Positions 27,768-45,045 of a stretch of DNA of 64,000 nucleotides are shown here, piece by piece; the stretch's first letter is position 1, and the number at the start of each line of letters is the position of its first letter. This stretch comes from Octopus vulgaris (taxonomy: Eukaryota). The stretch spans positions 117,676,001-117,740,000 of the forward strand of contig OX597816.1 in the NCBI GenBank assembly GCA_951406725.2, read 5' to 3'. A program made the translations under genes and the position numbers. The notes under the pieces were generated by a model, which was not told where the DNA came from, made no database searches, and saw nothing but the letters and a program-made list of their open reading frames with translations.

Positions 27768-28770
27768 AAAAAAATAATAAATAATAATAATAATGTGTTT
27801 TGAATGGCACAACAATGCAATATAATAACTGATGTATTTTATCCATAGTCTGATATAATATTTCGGAATATAAAAATTCCTTCTTCAGATATCTCTAGGG
27901 ATTTATCGAGTCACTGCTACAATTGGTTTTCCAACGGATTTTCTCCTCTTTTTCCGGAAGTGTCTCTGCACTGGTCTTACGAGGCTCCTTCCAGAATTCT
28001 TCGTAAGAAGTGCGTGAGGGCGGCCATATCTCAAGTTCGCGTGTGTATAGACTACAATATAACAAATGCAACAAGTTCTATGTGGTTAGCACAAGACAGT
28101 TACACATTCGCATCAAAGAACATCTGAACACAAGAGCCTCCTCCTTCAGAAAACATCTAGACAGATGCTGGAACACCAACAAAAGCGCAGTCACAATTGA
28201 GGCCAATGAAAGAAATTTGGGCAATCTAAGAATTAAGGAAACTATTCTCATAGGCAGACTAGGGCCTCAAATTAACAACAGGCTGGATCTTGGCAGTCAA
28301 TATATTTTCTAGCTACATCTAGATGTATGTAGGTTCTTTTTTGGTGACATACTCACGTACTATTTTTAAAAAAAAGAGAAAAGGAAGGGAAAAAGAAAAG
28401 GAAACTGCACGTATAATACATAACTTAGAAGCAGCGCTACGGATGTGCCAGCACACTCGAGCATGAGACATGGCCGCCGTCACGCACTTCTCACGAAGAA
28501 TTCTGGAAGGAGCTTTGTGAGACCAGTGCAGAGACACTTCCGGGGGCGGGGAGGAGAGAACAAAACAACAAAACACCGTTGGAAAACCAATTGTAGCAAT
28601 GACTCGATCAATTCCTGGGAATATCTGAAGAAGGAATTTTTATATTGCGAAATATTATATCATATCAGACTATGGATAATTAAATTACATCAGTTATTAT
28701 AGTCCATTGCTGTTATTATAGTGCATTGTTGGGCCATTCAAAACACATTATTATTATTTATTATTTTTTA
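27768..28770 (+). mobile_element. 5'-truncated Penelope-like element with inverted pLTRs (fold-back element D)
   Basis: Inverted arms at about 27768-28045 and 28452-28770 enclose a GIY-YIG C-terminal fragment VYRLQYNKCNKFYV.STRQLHIRIKEH...LRIKETILIGRLGPQIN (28040-28310). Confidence 0.8.
28621..28666 (+). ncRNA. Hammerhead ribozyme motif in pLTR (mirror copy 27852-27893 on minus strand)
   Basis: atat-CTGAAGA-a-ggaat...attgc(attcc in mirror copy)-GAAAT-attat-ATC-atatc. Confidence 0.55.
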
Positions 28771-29550
28771 CAAACAATACACAATGTTTCAAGCGAACTA
28801 CAATATTCTCTAATTAATAATTATTATTAATTTGTATTTTATGCACATCTCTTTTAGCGTAACAACATGCAACAAATAAAAGTTTCTTTGGGGTCTTGTT
28901 AATTTTTTTCTTCCGATTTTTGCCAGAATATTATTAAAACCCGTAGTTTAGATGCAATTTAAATTTATAGTTTAACAACACCCAACACGATTTCGGTGAG
29001 AAATAATGTCTTTTCTTTGTTTTTATTTTTTCTTGTACTATCAAGTAATCTCATCTAATATACCGCAAATTTCTTTTTTCACCGAAATTGGAAGGTGTGT
29101 GTGTGTGTGGGAGGGAGGCTCGGAATCTCACCCTCACACCGGAGTTATTTTTTCCTCGTTTTTTTTCTTTTTCGTGTGCTATCAACCAGTCTCGGCTCCT
29201 AGTATACAGCAAAGGACTTTTTCTCCTTTGCGGCGTATTAGGAGATCAGGACAGTGGCTGTGTTTTATACCTAATAACAGCTATTTCTAGCAAACTAAAC
29301 AACCACGTTGAGGACCAGATATCTTTGAGTTTATTTAAAAGAGAGAAAAAATGCTTTACACAACGGATTCCGATATAATCGTAATCTACACTACCTGAGA
29401 CGTATATGTGGAAAATTATCCATGTTTCAGAAAGTTACCGCACACACACACACACACACAAACACAAACACAAACACAAACACAAACACACACACACACA
29501 CACAATATATATATATATATATACACATATAAATATATGCATATAATATG

Positions 29551-29605
<55 letters not shown>

Positions 29606-29606
29606 T

Positions 29607-29626
<20 letters not shown>

Positions 29627-29638
<12 letters not shown>

Positions 29639-29825
29639 TAACGTCCGTTTTCCATGCTGGCATGCGTTGGACGGTTTGACAGGGGTCAACAAGCCAGGGG
29701 CTACGCCTGGCATTCGTCTGTTCTGGCATATTTTTTGTGGCTGGATGCCCTTCCTAACGCCACCACTTTATTTTTACTTGGCACCGCACGGAAGCATGGT
29801 TTTAACGGCTGGATGTCTTTCCTCA
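29627..29825 (-). mobile_element. SINE/RTE-like 3' end with (ATG)n tail
   Basis: aacgtccgttttccatgctggcatg...gctggatgcccttcctaacgcc adjacent to (CAT)n. Confidence 0.6.
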
Positions 29826-30960
29826 TAGACCATTTCTGAGTAAGGATTGTCACCCTGCTCGTAACCTCGTTTTGGTTCCTGTCCCCCTGGAGGTCCGAGC
29901 CGAACCAAACCTCGAGTCGTTTAACCAGCCAGTCTGTCCAACAACCTGACATGCTGTTCAGTGGAATAGACTTGCCTCTAGGGGTCCAAGCTACAAGTCC
30001 ATTGACTCATCCAGGTTTATGTTTGTCCCTAAAATTGCTTATATTCCTTTAGAATGGTGACAACCATCTTCACTACTATGATGTCAGCAACATTACGGTC
30101 ACGTCCGTTCGCATATGCTGACACAGCTTTCCTGTATTCTAGTTCAAAAGGGAGGTCCCACAACATTTCTAGCTTTCACAGCAGTGGCTCGAGAGCCGGC
30201 ATATGTAGAAGAGATAAGAGTGGATACCACTGACGGATTGAGAGAACGATATGAAACAGCTCTGAGAGGTGACAGTTCATTCTGATCACCGACCAAGTGC
30301 TGCGATCTAACCTATGAAAACGAGTTCAGAACCGTTCACTTTTAAGATTGCTGCCGAGTAGCATTGATCGATTCTATCGGAAGTTTTTGACTAATACAAA
30401 TAGATCAGGACCTCTCCAAAATCAAGTTAGTTTCTTATTCACTCTATGATGTGCTGCATGAGATGGAAGTTGTGGGTAGATTTATCGAGGATTGCGCATG
30501 CTTTTTGGCTAAACTACCGACGAGAAGTGTCGACTTCTTAGATAGCACCAAGGCCAAAATCTCAAATTCTGCATATAGCATGGTTTTAGGTTATTCTCTT
30601 GTTCTGTTGCTAGTTGTTCTAGATGCTTGCCAACATACCGCCAGACAGGTCTGGCTTAAAACTCATATGATAAACCTTTCAAACGGGGTAATTTATCCCT
30701 TGCGTAACCAGTCACGACATCCCATGTCTACGTTGCAGTTATTACTCTTTCACATTACCTTACGTCTTCTGATGAGGTAGGCACTAAAGTTCACTACCAT
30801 CTTCGACTTATCACTTGTTCCGAGCAGTCAAAATGTTAGTCAAAAGCCGTACCGAACAAATCTGTCTAGCATGGAGTAGCAGAGTACTACGCGCCCTTTC
30901 CGTTCGTCAAAGACTGAATAGTAGCTTTGTTACTACGTCCCGCCTCAACGTCGATCGTCT
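29826..30960 (-). mobile_element. L1/Tx1-like LINE remnant
   Basis: VKRLEVWFGSDLQ.DRN thumb-region motif; GC-richer decayed coding-like sequence. Confidence 0.45.
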
Positions 30961-31004
30961 TTTGTTAACTCTGTCTTAAATAATGATGATGATGATGGGG
31001 ATGA

Positions 31005-31045
<41 letters not shown>

Positions 31046-31539
31046 ATATGAGATGATGATGATGCAATTTTGAAAGGATGATTCAAAATATTGAAAAAGA
31101 TGAATACATACTTATTTAAAGAAACATATTCCCTTAATACATAAACAGCATTTTATAGATTCCGAATAGAAGGACTTTCTATGCAGCCGCTCGATCTGCT
31201 AGAAACAGCAACCAAATCACTCTCAAATACAGTCAAAAAGAAAAGAGGATACACTTGACAGTACCTACACAAAATACAGACGTAATGCCCTTTGATGATA
31301 GGTCTGCTGGATGATGGGACACAACAATAACAACACCTACAGCATATTTTTACACCAGAAATTTATCCGAAACGTTGCGTTGTATATTTACTCTCTTTCT
31401 ATTTTGTTTTCAATAATTTGGTTATCTTTTTATATTTTAATTACTTTCTTTCGCTCCATTTTCTCTCATCGATACACTATTGTCTTGTTTTACATTCACA
31501 ATACCACTTCCTTTGGGGGCAGTGCTATACCTTGAAATG

Positions 31540-31590
<51 letters not shown>

Positions 31591-32175
31591 CCTGTAAATA
31601 ACATTTTCGCCTACATCATAATTTATATTCGCTATTTCTAGGAAAACCTGAATAACAACAACAACAATAATAATGATAATAATAATAACAATAACAACAA
31701 CAACAACGACGACGACGATGATGATGATGATGATGATGATTATTATCATCTAAAATAGTGTTATTCAAAACTTCTATTTATTACTATAACACATCAGGTG
31801 GGCATAGAAATATTCCATCAAATGAGAATGTCTAGAAATAATCAATGCACCGCACCAACTGCACTAAACTTCTTCAGATTCAATTTTATTCTAGCTTTTG
31901 AAATTGTCGATGTTTCCTTTAGCCAAGCAGCAGCAAAGGTGCAATCTGGAAAGACGAAGTGACATTAAAAGGACAATGAAATTCGTGTATTTCCGTCTTC
32001 GAATTAGATAAGAAAGAAGAAAGAATTTCAAGCAAGGCAACACTAAAAAGTCCACCAAATCGAAAACATCAAAGTCACTTTCTCATAGGTACATAGTTGA
32101 AAGAAAAGTATGTTGTCATTTGGTTAAAAATAATTCTACAATAAGTCGACGCATTTCCTTAAACCATCATTTTAT

Positions 32176-32231
<56 letters not shown>

Positions 32232-32271
32232 GTTGGTGCTGCTGCTGCTGGTGCTGGTGCTGCTGCTGCTG

Positions 32272-32322
<51 letters not shown>

Positions 32323-32327
32323 GTTTT

Positions 32328-32367
<40 letters not shown>

Positions 32368-32628
32368 TGCACAGCTACATATTTTGTGTAGGAAATAGTT
32401 GATTGTATGAACCTTGTATGAACCTTAGTACTTGATTTGAACGTAAGTAAAGGTACCTAATACCATAATATGCATTGTGGCCGATATTTATTTTTTGTTT
32501 ACTTTTATATTTTTTATTTTTCCTTTTTCATTTTGTCTTTCTTCCCCCTTTTCTTTGTCAAATGGCTTTGTAAATGAACAATCTTTTATTAAATATTAGC
32601 GAAAATAATAATAATAATAATAATAATG

Positions 32629-36148
<3,520 letters not shown>

Positions 36149-36325
36149 TAATAGTTACTTTTATTTGCCAAATGATGCGGGGTTTGAAGGGGACAATAAA
36201 AAGGCAAAGTGTTGTGACTTACATAGAATCAAATGATAAAAAAACAAACTAAAATAAGAAATGGAAAATAAGCATACATGTTATATACAACAGTAAAAAG
36301 ATAGTGATGATGATGGTGACGATGG

Positions 36326-36356
<31 letters not shown>

Positions 36357-36929
36357 AATGATGATGATGATGCAATCCTCCTGATACAGGAGAATAGCAT
36401 CATCTTGGGCCAGTTGAGGAACCCCACTTCTCAAGCTCTTCCTCAACACCATGGGCAAGTGTCTATACCAATTGCCGTTCTCTGACTTACACACTTATAC
36501 TTAGATTGGTCTCATCCACTCTTGCAATTTTCGATACTCTGGCCCACTTTTCAGTAAATTCACTCGAGAATACATCTCACTCTTTAGCATCACCTTCATT
36601 TTCGGTTGCTCCATAAAAGGGGAAGAATATCTTTGTCCTCATACCATTAAAACTTGTTTACTACATAACCTCTTTCGTTATAGCCACCAAGACAAAGGGA
36701 AACACTCTCCCCTGTCGGCGAAAGGAGGGTTGCGGTCTAAATCATTACTGATAACCGGATCCGTCTTATACGCTGTTTGGCATAGTTCCACGAACTAGCA
36801 GTGCCCGGACACAGAATGATTATGCAGGAGAAATGCATCGCTCTGCATGTATCTTGAACAAGCTACTATGATAGTACTTCTGTACCTTTAGAATCAGTAG
36901 CATTCTTAGACTAAGGATTTTTGGAAATT

Positions 36930-37060
36930 ATCCATTGAAGTCCTTGATCCGAAATTAATGATCGGGACGTCCCCAGAAAGCTTCTAAACGTCTGAAGAAT
37001 TTTGGCCACTCTGCCGCTGTGGGTTTTTGTGGTTTTAGACTAAAGACATAATGGCTACGG
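36930..37060 (-). mobile_element. Possible LTR-retrotransposon integrase fragment
   Basis: With one frameshift reads TAAEVAKIL...LGTSRSLISDQGLQW, resembling the integrase I.SDQG.QF motif. Confidence 0.35.
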
Positions 37061-37349
37061 AATATTAAAAAAAAATATCTGTATGATTGTGCTAAGTTGA
37101 ATTGAAAACCTATTCGGGATGTTTTCGACAGTAGTTCATCGAAACTTTCCTTTTTGTGAGAATCTTTTTGCTTTTTATGACCTTCATATCATTGTTGCTC
37201 TTTCGAGTAATTGTGGTGTTTATGAGGAGTTGGATTTTGTACTTAGGTATATGTTTAGGTGTTCTTGTTCTTCTTGCATTTGTATTTGTTTTAGTGCTTT
37301 TTTTGTAGTTATGGTTATATTTTTTATTATTGGTAATGCTGCAATAACA

Positions 37350-38710
37350 CCTAAATCTACCATGTTAAACCAGACTAGGCCTGGATGAAAATGCTATGAA
37401 AGAACAATTAACCATCTTCTGTATGCGGATGACATGAAGCTGCCCAGTAGATGATAAACAACTAGAAATACAAATACTGTTACAGTCAGTGCACAGATTT
37501 ACTTGAGAAAATTGATATGAGATTTGGATTAGAAAAATGTGCTAAGGCAACCTTGAAAAGAAGAAAATTAATTAAAAACATTGATATGTTAACTAAAGAA
37601 CTAGAATCAAGAGAATTATACTAAACGCAGACATACAAATACTTAAAGCATAAAACATATAAATGCACATAAGTTTAGGAAAGAATATGATAAATACATT
37701 AGATTAATACTTAAAAGAATGCTAAATAGAAATAATGATACGGTAACAGTCATCGAAGCTTTTGTTATTTCCAGTAAGTTATACATATAATATTCACAAG
37801 TAGACGTCAAATGTGCTCGTAAGACTAGGCAGAAAAACAAGAAAATAATGAATGCATTTAAAATACACTACCCCAGATCTGATGTACCTAGAATACAGAG
37901 AAGTATGATGAGGTAAAAAAATATCTACAGTAGAATTAAAAAATTAATAGTAAACAGTAGAAAAGTAATACAAATAGCTACAAAATACGAACGAAACCAT
38001 AAAGCTGTTATCTTTCTTTAAAGAAGCCAATAAAGAAGAAAAATACCACAAATTAAAAAGTGAGTGAAAAATTGGACAATTGAATACCATGCTAAAACGA
38101 TGATAAGAAGAGCCCCTACATGGCCAATACCATAAAAACAAAGAAACTAAAAAAAAAAAGAAAAAAGAAAAAGAAAGATTGCAATACTAGTTTGGTTATA
38201 AGTGCAGAATTCAAAGCTGAGATTGAAAGATTTTTGATTGCAGCAAAGGATGAAAACCTTGCTAACGGAAACACGAAAAACACGTAATGAAAAACAGTGA
38301 AAAATATAAAGGTTATAAAGAAATAAACAATTGTATTGATTCTAGCAACTCCAGTATTTACTCAGAAAGAATACAAGCATTACATAGTTGTGGTTTTCAT
38401 ATACTGTAAGTTATGCTAACATTAAAGTACCAACAGGAAAGAGGTGGACTAGAAAATCGGGGAAAATGGTAAAAAGACTATAAGGTCTGACATATCATTT
38501 CATGCAGATAGAAAAATCAAGGTTAAATGCTGGATAGTGTAATAAATAATCACCAAGAAAGAAGTGGGAAGTGAAAACAGATACTGTCTTGACAATAATT
38601 AAGAAAAGTATGCAGACATCCATAATTTAAGCCTCAAGACTGAAAAATACGCCCATCATACAGAGAACAAATAGTATTGGTCACTTCTCACATGTTACGT
38701 TGAATAAAAT
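37350..38710 (+). mobile_element. Older decayed R4/Dong-type copy
   Basis: HLLYADDMKL, FGLEKCAKATLKR and PLHGQY motifs, collinear with 34300-35960. Confidence 0.7.
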
Positions 38711-41700
38711 ACAAAACCGAAGGGGAACAGAGTTACGCTTGACAGCGTAATGAAAGCTCGCAATAAAACTATTGGGAAAATAAAATAATAATAGAATATA
38801 GACACAGGGCTTGGCATTTTAGAATTAGGGAACTGTGGATAAAATAGATCTCACCACATGGCTGGTGTTTTATTTCACTGATTTCGATAGGATGAAAAGC
38901 AGGTGATATTAGCATGATTTGAACTGTCAATATAAACATATATAAATAAAAGCCATAAGGTACTTCCTTGCTGCTTCGCTAATTCTTCCATTCCACTGTC
39001 CTGGCCATAACAATGTAAACAATACTAGACAATAAATTTTTATTTGATCACTGTATCAGCTAGAAGATAGATTTTAGTAGAACTATAGTATGGAATTGCT
39101 TGCATTAGCATAAGGAAAGATGAGAAAATGTAAGAAAAAATATACATATAGATGGAGAAGTAAGACATCTTCTTAGAGTGAGCTGTAACAATTAGAGTGT
39201 TACTACTTAGAGAAAGCTGTGGCAATTAGCGATTATTTCTCAATAAAGAAGCTGATTTCAAGTTGCCTGCATCCACAACGTAGCTTGTGCATAATCTAAT
39301 TTGGTGAGCTATGAAAACAAACGAAGAATTGTATAGAGATCTCTGATTTGAAGCACGTTCAGGAAATAATTTAATATCATTAATGTATGAAGTTTAGAAT
39401 GAGCTGTGGTATTCCACTAACTTTCGCCATGAATTACATCTCCGATAGAAGGAATGATTTGAGGAAAATACTAAGGGATGACTGCGGCATGAAAAATAAA
39501 CAGCCAAGCGGAGGTTAGCATACTTGTTAAAGAGAGTTAAGATATTTTTATTAAAATTACCTTAATTAGGCAAATACGTTATTATTTAAATAAATGTTTC
39601 TAGTGAAAGGCAGTAGAAAAGATAACTTGTAATTTTAACCAATCAAAAATTAATGAAATATAGAATGTAGTGGAGGTGGATTTTTATTTTCAGAAGTATT
39701 ATTTTTAATTTCGAGTAATTTCGAACCAAGAATCTTAACCGCACAGCTCTGCCTGTTCTCAATACAACTATGCCTACACATTGGGAGTACTCCATCTGCA
39801 CTCTGTATGGCCATGCCTTCACACTAGTAGCACAATACTCTGTAAATATATAAGAGTGGAAGAAATTAAGAAACACAGAAGAAAATAGAGATGAAAAACG
39901 ATGAAAATCTTGAGAATATTTAGATTCTTCAGTAATGACCGGTTAGACTATTAAGCAGTATAAACATATTTCATGTATAATCGTTTGAACAACACAGCAA
40001 ATGTTTAAATATTACTTTAATTCTACTGCATTAAGATTAACTCAATGCTCAATGCTCAACATTACAAAAAAAAAAAAGCATAAGATTTTGTGACAATTGA
40101 AAAACTAGAAATAGCAGTGTAACTTCATAAAACAAATTAATGACGCCAAATTTCCAAACAATGGTAGCAATTACGAGCGAAAAGACTTCCATAATTTACC
40201 AGAATTAATTAGCCAAATAAAAATTTACGAACCGTCAAACATTGTCTGCTTAATTGCTTTTAGCAGATGGACACATTAACAATAATTTTTCAGATATTGA
40301 AATGTATTCTTCAAAAATCTCAACGTCATATAAACAATGAAATAAACTCTTTACAATGCATCAACATATTCATAAATTCCAATACATAAGATGAAGCTTA
40401 CGAGTATTCATATGCCGTTTTGATGATTCTCTTACAATCTAATTACTACAATACTGAGTAAACAAAAGTAAAATACAGATAGAAAATAAAAACAAATTAA
40501 ACACAAACAGCTGCGCAAAGACGACAAATTATAATTTAGTTCTGAGGATTATAATTTGATTTTTATTGTAATTAAAACCAATTTTATTCTAAATGATAAA
40601 TTTGAAGTTTATTCTTACAAATTTAATTTTATAAGAATTGATATTCACCAATATTGTCTCACGTTTCTTTTTTCTAAAAAAAAGAAAATAATCTGAAGTC
40701 AATTTTTCTTTTCATTTTCCTTTCCTTTTTGTGTAGAAGAAAAAAAGTTATTAACTGGTTTCGTTAGTAAACGATCTCATAGATAACTGTTCGACTCTAA
40801 ATTTACTGAAAAGGGTAAGATTGTGTGATATTCATGCCGTTATCGCTTGCGACGTATGCAAATGGCAATTACTACAACCGGGAATGAAGCTGTGAATTTA
40901 CCTAGAAATCCCATGAATTTAGAGGTCTTAATAGATACATAGGCATTAAATAGATCGGTAGATAGATAAATACATATAGATAGAAAGAGGGTGTGTGTGA
41001 GAGAGAGAGAAAGAGAAAAGAAAGAAAGAAAGTGTGTGTGTACTCCAACATACACAAACACACTGAAACATTATCTTGATAACTCGGAGTTATCAAGCTT
41101 AAATTTATCAAAAAAAACAACAAAAAAACTAAAGCTACAGTGATAAACTTGTACTATTTACTTTTAAATCAATATAAGTGGATACGGAGATACTTGCCTC
41201 ACTAGTATGATGAAAGCGAGTAAACATAAAAAGACACTGAACTTAAACCGTTAACCTTTATTTTCTTCCCTTCCGCTGGTTTCATCAAGTGAAAAACCAC
41301 AACAGACTAAGATTAAGAGAGATAAAAGTAAATAAAATTGATAACTTTTTCGGATGCTGTGTTTACGTACCATCTTAGAAATTAAGATTTTTTACTCAAC
41401 AAAATTAGCGAAGGAAAATAAATTTTACTTGTGCTCTAATGGAACTCACTCTCTTTTATCTAGTTTAGTTCAACTGGCCCTACACTTGCTCTTATTGTGT
41501 AACTTTCTTCATAATCCACTTTTATCACTTTTGTCTATCATCTGACCACACTCTCGTTTTGATTAACTGCCGACTATTCGAGAGTCGAACTATACTTCCT
41601 GCTTTTCATGTCTTCTATATCTTTGTCACTCACATTATCCATTCACTTTCTCCCGTCGTGTCTTTCTGTAGCTTCTTCTCGTCTGTTGTTTTCAACTAAA

Positions 41701-43475
41701 TTGCTGTCTGATTAACGTGACCCCAGAAACCTTAGTGTCTACTTCATTGCATGATATACACTTCCTCTGCTCTAATTCTAATCCAATCAATACTGACATA
41801 CACAACCACTAGCCTAGTACAAATCCTAGTATCTTGTTTTCCATGTATTCTATTTCTCCACTAATGTTTCAGCTTCTCTTTTTGCGACAACCTGACATAC
41901 TTCATATCTTTATTTCTTCGAAACAACAATAACAGCATGATGGCTATTTACGTGCAAATAAAAGTTGGAATCTTTTAAAATTTTATCATATATTCTCTTG
42001 TTTGTGCCATTTAAGTTCCTCACATAACCAAGCAACTATTCGAACTCAAACTCTCAAATAATACCTGATACGGAAATCACCATGCGATTATAATATGACA
42101 TTTAAAACGAGCTGGAATTGTTTTCTATTGCAAAGAAACTGCTTTAATTTGAAGAAAGAAAATTCTAATAATTGCAGTAAATTGAATTCCACCACGTATT
42201 TTTCATTAATTGTATTTATTAATTTATTTATTTTGTTTTTTTTTAGAAACAAATTGCATATAAAATAATAAACACAAACGGACGCAAAACACAACTTTAT
42301 TTTACTTGCTCAAATTAAATCATTTTAATTAATTTGTTTCCTGTAAAAGAAATCAAGTTTATTAAGTATGTCTATGGATTCATTTTATTCATGTATTCTT
42401 TGGATATTTTTCATTTAAAAGCGCAAAGATGTGTTGCTAAAAATTGAAGTAAACTGTAGACCTCAGAAATTTACTCCACTTCTCAAAATAAATATCATAG
42501 ATATCCGCCTACATTTAATAATGGTTTCGAATTTTGGCACAAAGCCAGGCGCCTACCATTAACAATAAATAGAATTATGCTGCAAATTGAAATTTTACTG
42601 CGTTTCACGATCAGTCATTATTAAAAAAAAATATTATCTCAGAGAAGCATATATAAATGACTCCCGATTTCCAGTTTGTTTCGCTCTAAAAACATATTGC
42701 CTATCTAATTCTCATTAAATATCTTCATTCAGCTCTTTTTTTTTGTTCACCAATATGAAAATCATCATTCACTTGTACAAGAGTACATACAAATGCGGCA
42801 ACATATATTCTATTTGAATCTGACCAACTTAATCAGGTGAAATTTCTCTCACTGACTTCTTTTAAACATGTTTTAATTACTTATCACCATGATATCTATC
42901 ACTATTTCTTGTCCTCAAAAATTTAGATTTAATGTACAGATTGTATATACGGCCTACTTTTATCGCTACGGCTCAATTTTTACATACCAAATAACGCATT
43001 TTAAAAACATATCTATTCCCATTAGATAGATTTTAATTCCTTTAACTCTCTTCTCTCCGATGCTTTTAGTGAGTTTCTTGTAAGCTTTACACAGTTCCCG
43101 TTACCTGCATTTATTGTAGCTTGTGACAAATGTTTTCTCTATAACCTTCATTTTTATTTAAGTTTTAAGTTTTATTCCTAAAACGATTCAAAATTATTAT
43201 TTTGAAAGCGCATCGAAGATTTTTCACGGTCTCCATCAAGTTTCCCAATATATTTTCCAAGTTGAGATTTGTTTTTATTTCCATTCGTTCATATCTTCAG
43301 TAGCACACTTTCTGTTTGTTTTCCTATTACCTCACCAAAACGTTGACAAACAAAAAATCTTAAATTAACGTTTAAAAAATTTAAAGTTAGATGAATTAGT
43401 TTTCCGTTTACTTTTTGCTGTATTTTACTGGTGTCTGTTCCGGTAACATTTCGCAAGATGACAATATGACAGCGC

Positions 43476-44129
43476 ATACATACATACATACATACATACA
43501 TACATACATACATACATACATACATACATACATACATACATACACTGCCTAAATACCAATCTAAGAAATTAGGCTTCTCAAAACCAGAAAGGAGAAAGCT
43601 GATTCGAAGACTACAGGTCCATGCCACCACTGAAACTGTAAAAATTTGTAAAACTTTCCTGAAGTTTATCATTTAAGTATATATGAGCATGTCTAGATAT
43701 GCAAGTATATGCTTGAGATAACATATATAAAACAAAATATACAAATCCGCACACATACATACATACATACATACATACATACATACATACATACATACAT
43801 ACATACATACATACATACATACATACATACATACATACACTGCCTAAATACCAATCTAAGAAATTAGGCTTCTCAAAACCGGAAAGGAGAAAGCTGATTC
43901 GAAGACTACAGGTCCATGCCACCACTGAAACTGTAAAATTTTGTAAAACTTTCCTGAAGTTTATCATTTAAGTATATATGAGCATGTCTAGATATGCAAG
44001 TATATGCTTGAGATAACATATATAAAACAAAATATACAAATCCGCACACATACATACATACATACATACATACATACATACATACATACATACATACATA
44101 CATACATACATACATACATACATACATAC
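43476..44129. repeat. 295-bp tandem duplication bounded by (CATA)n
   Basis: 43544-43753 and 43839-44047 are near-identical; three (CATA)n tracts. Confidence 0.9.
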
Positions 44130-44532
44130 AAATATCACGTGTTTATCCATTACAAAACAATCTTACATAGTTTTCTTGAATTAAAATATCAAAGCATGAG
44201 CAATACATTTCATGTTGTCATAGAAACGTAAAATCTGCATTCACACATCTTTTTCTTTGCTCAAGTACCTATACATAAATTACTTGACCTTCCTGTTTTC
44301 ATTTACATTATTGCCTATGAACATATGAAATGGGTTGAGCAAGGTCGAGGGGTGATATGGCAATAATAAATTTATGTAGTTCGTTGCTTCGCATTCATAG
44401 GTTCGCATCAATAATGATTGAATCTATATCTAATGACTGGTTTAGCTAATCGATTATATTCGATATAATATGATAATTATTTCTAAAATTGTAACAGGGA
44501 CAGAAATTTAGAGGAGGAAGTTTGCAGATTTA

Positions 44533-45043
44533 CCGTAAATCCTGGTGTATAATCCGCATTTTGTCCCCAAAATTTAAAGATCAGAATACCTAGTGCGTAT
44601 TATATACGACGTTAAAAATGAAAATTATTTTCTAAGCAATGTTCGCGTCATTATTTGCTGTCTGGCAATGTTTATTCCGACGCATTTTGTGATGTAGGGC
44701 GCGAAAATACCTTAAGCTAAGCCTGAAAGCAATAAAGTCATAAAAGAATCATCCATAACTTGCAGTAAACAACATTTATTAAACGTTATTACTATTATTA
44801 CAGTTATTTCTTTATTTTCTGCAAACAAAATGCACAAAAAGAGCTACACGTTTGCATTATGTTATATATAAAGGACGTTACCGTATACAGTTTTACAAAC
44901 CAAGGACGTTATATAGACCTCCTTGACTCAAGTTAGAGAAGGGGTGCGTTTTATACACAAGGTTTAGGTTTTTCAGAGGTACAGCCCCCTAAAAATCCCC
45001 TGCGTATTATACTCAAGGGCGGACTATACTCGAGGATTTACGG
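44533..45043. mobile_element. pogo/Tigger-type MITE
   Basis: TIRs ccgtaaatcctggtgtataatccgc / gcggactatactcgaggatttacgg; TA TSD on both sides; no ORF. Confidence 0.85.
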
Positions 45044-45045
45044 TA

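Noticed and set aside
40746-40788. Minus-strand gttat-CTATGA...aac-GAAAC-ca-GTT hammerhead-like motif
   Set aside because: The core lacks a conserved G, stem II is displaced, and there is no supporting repeat context
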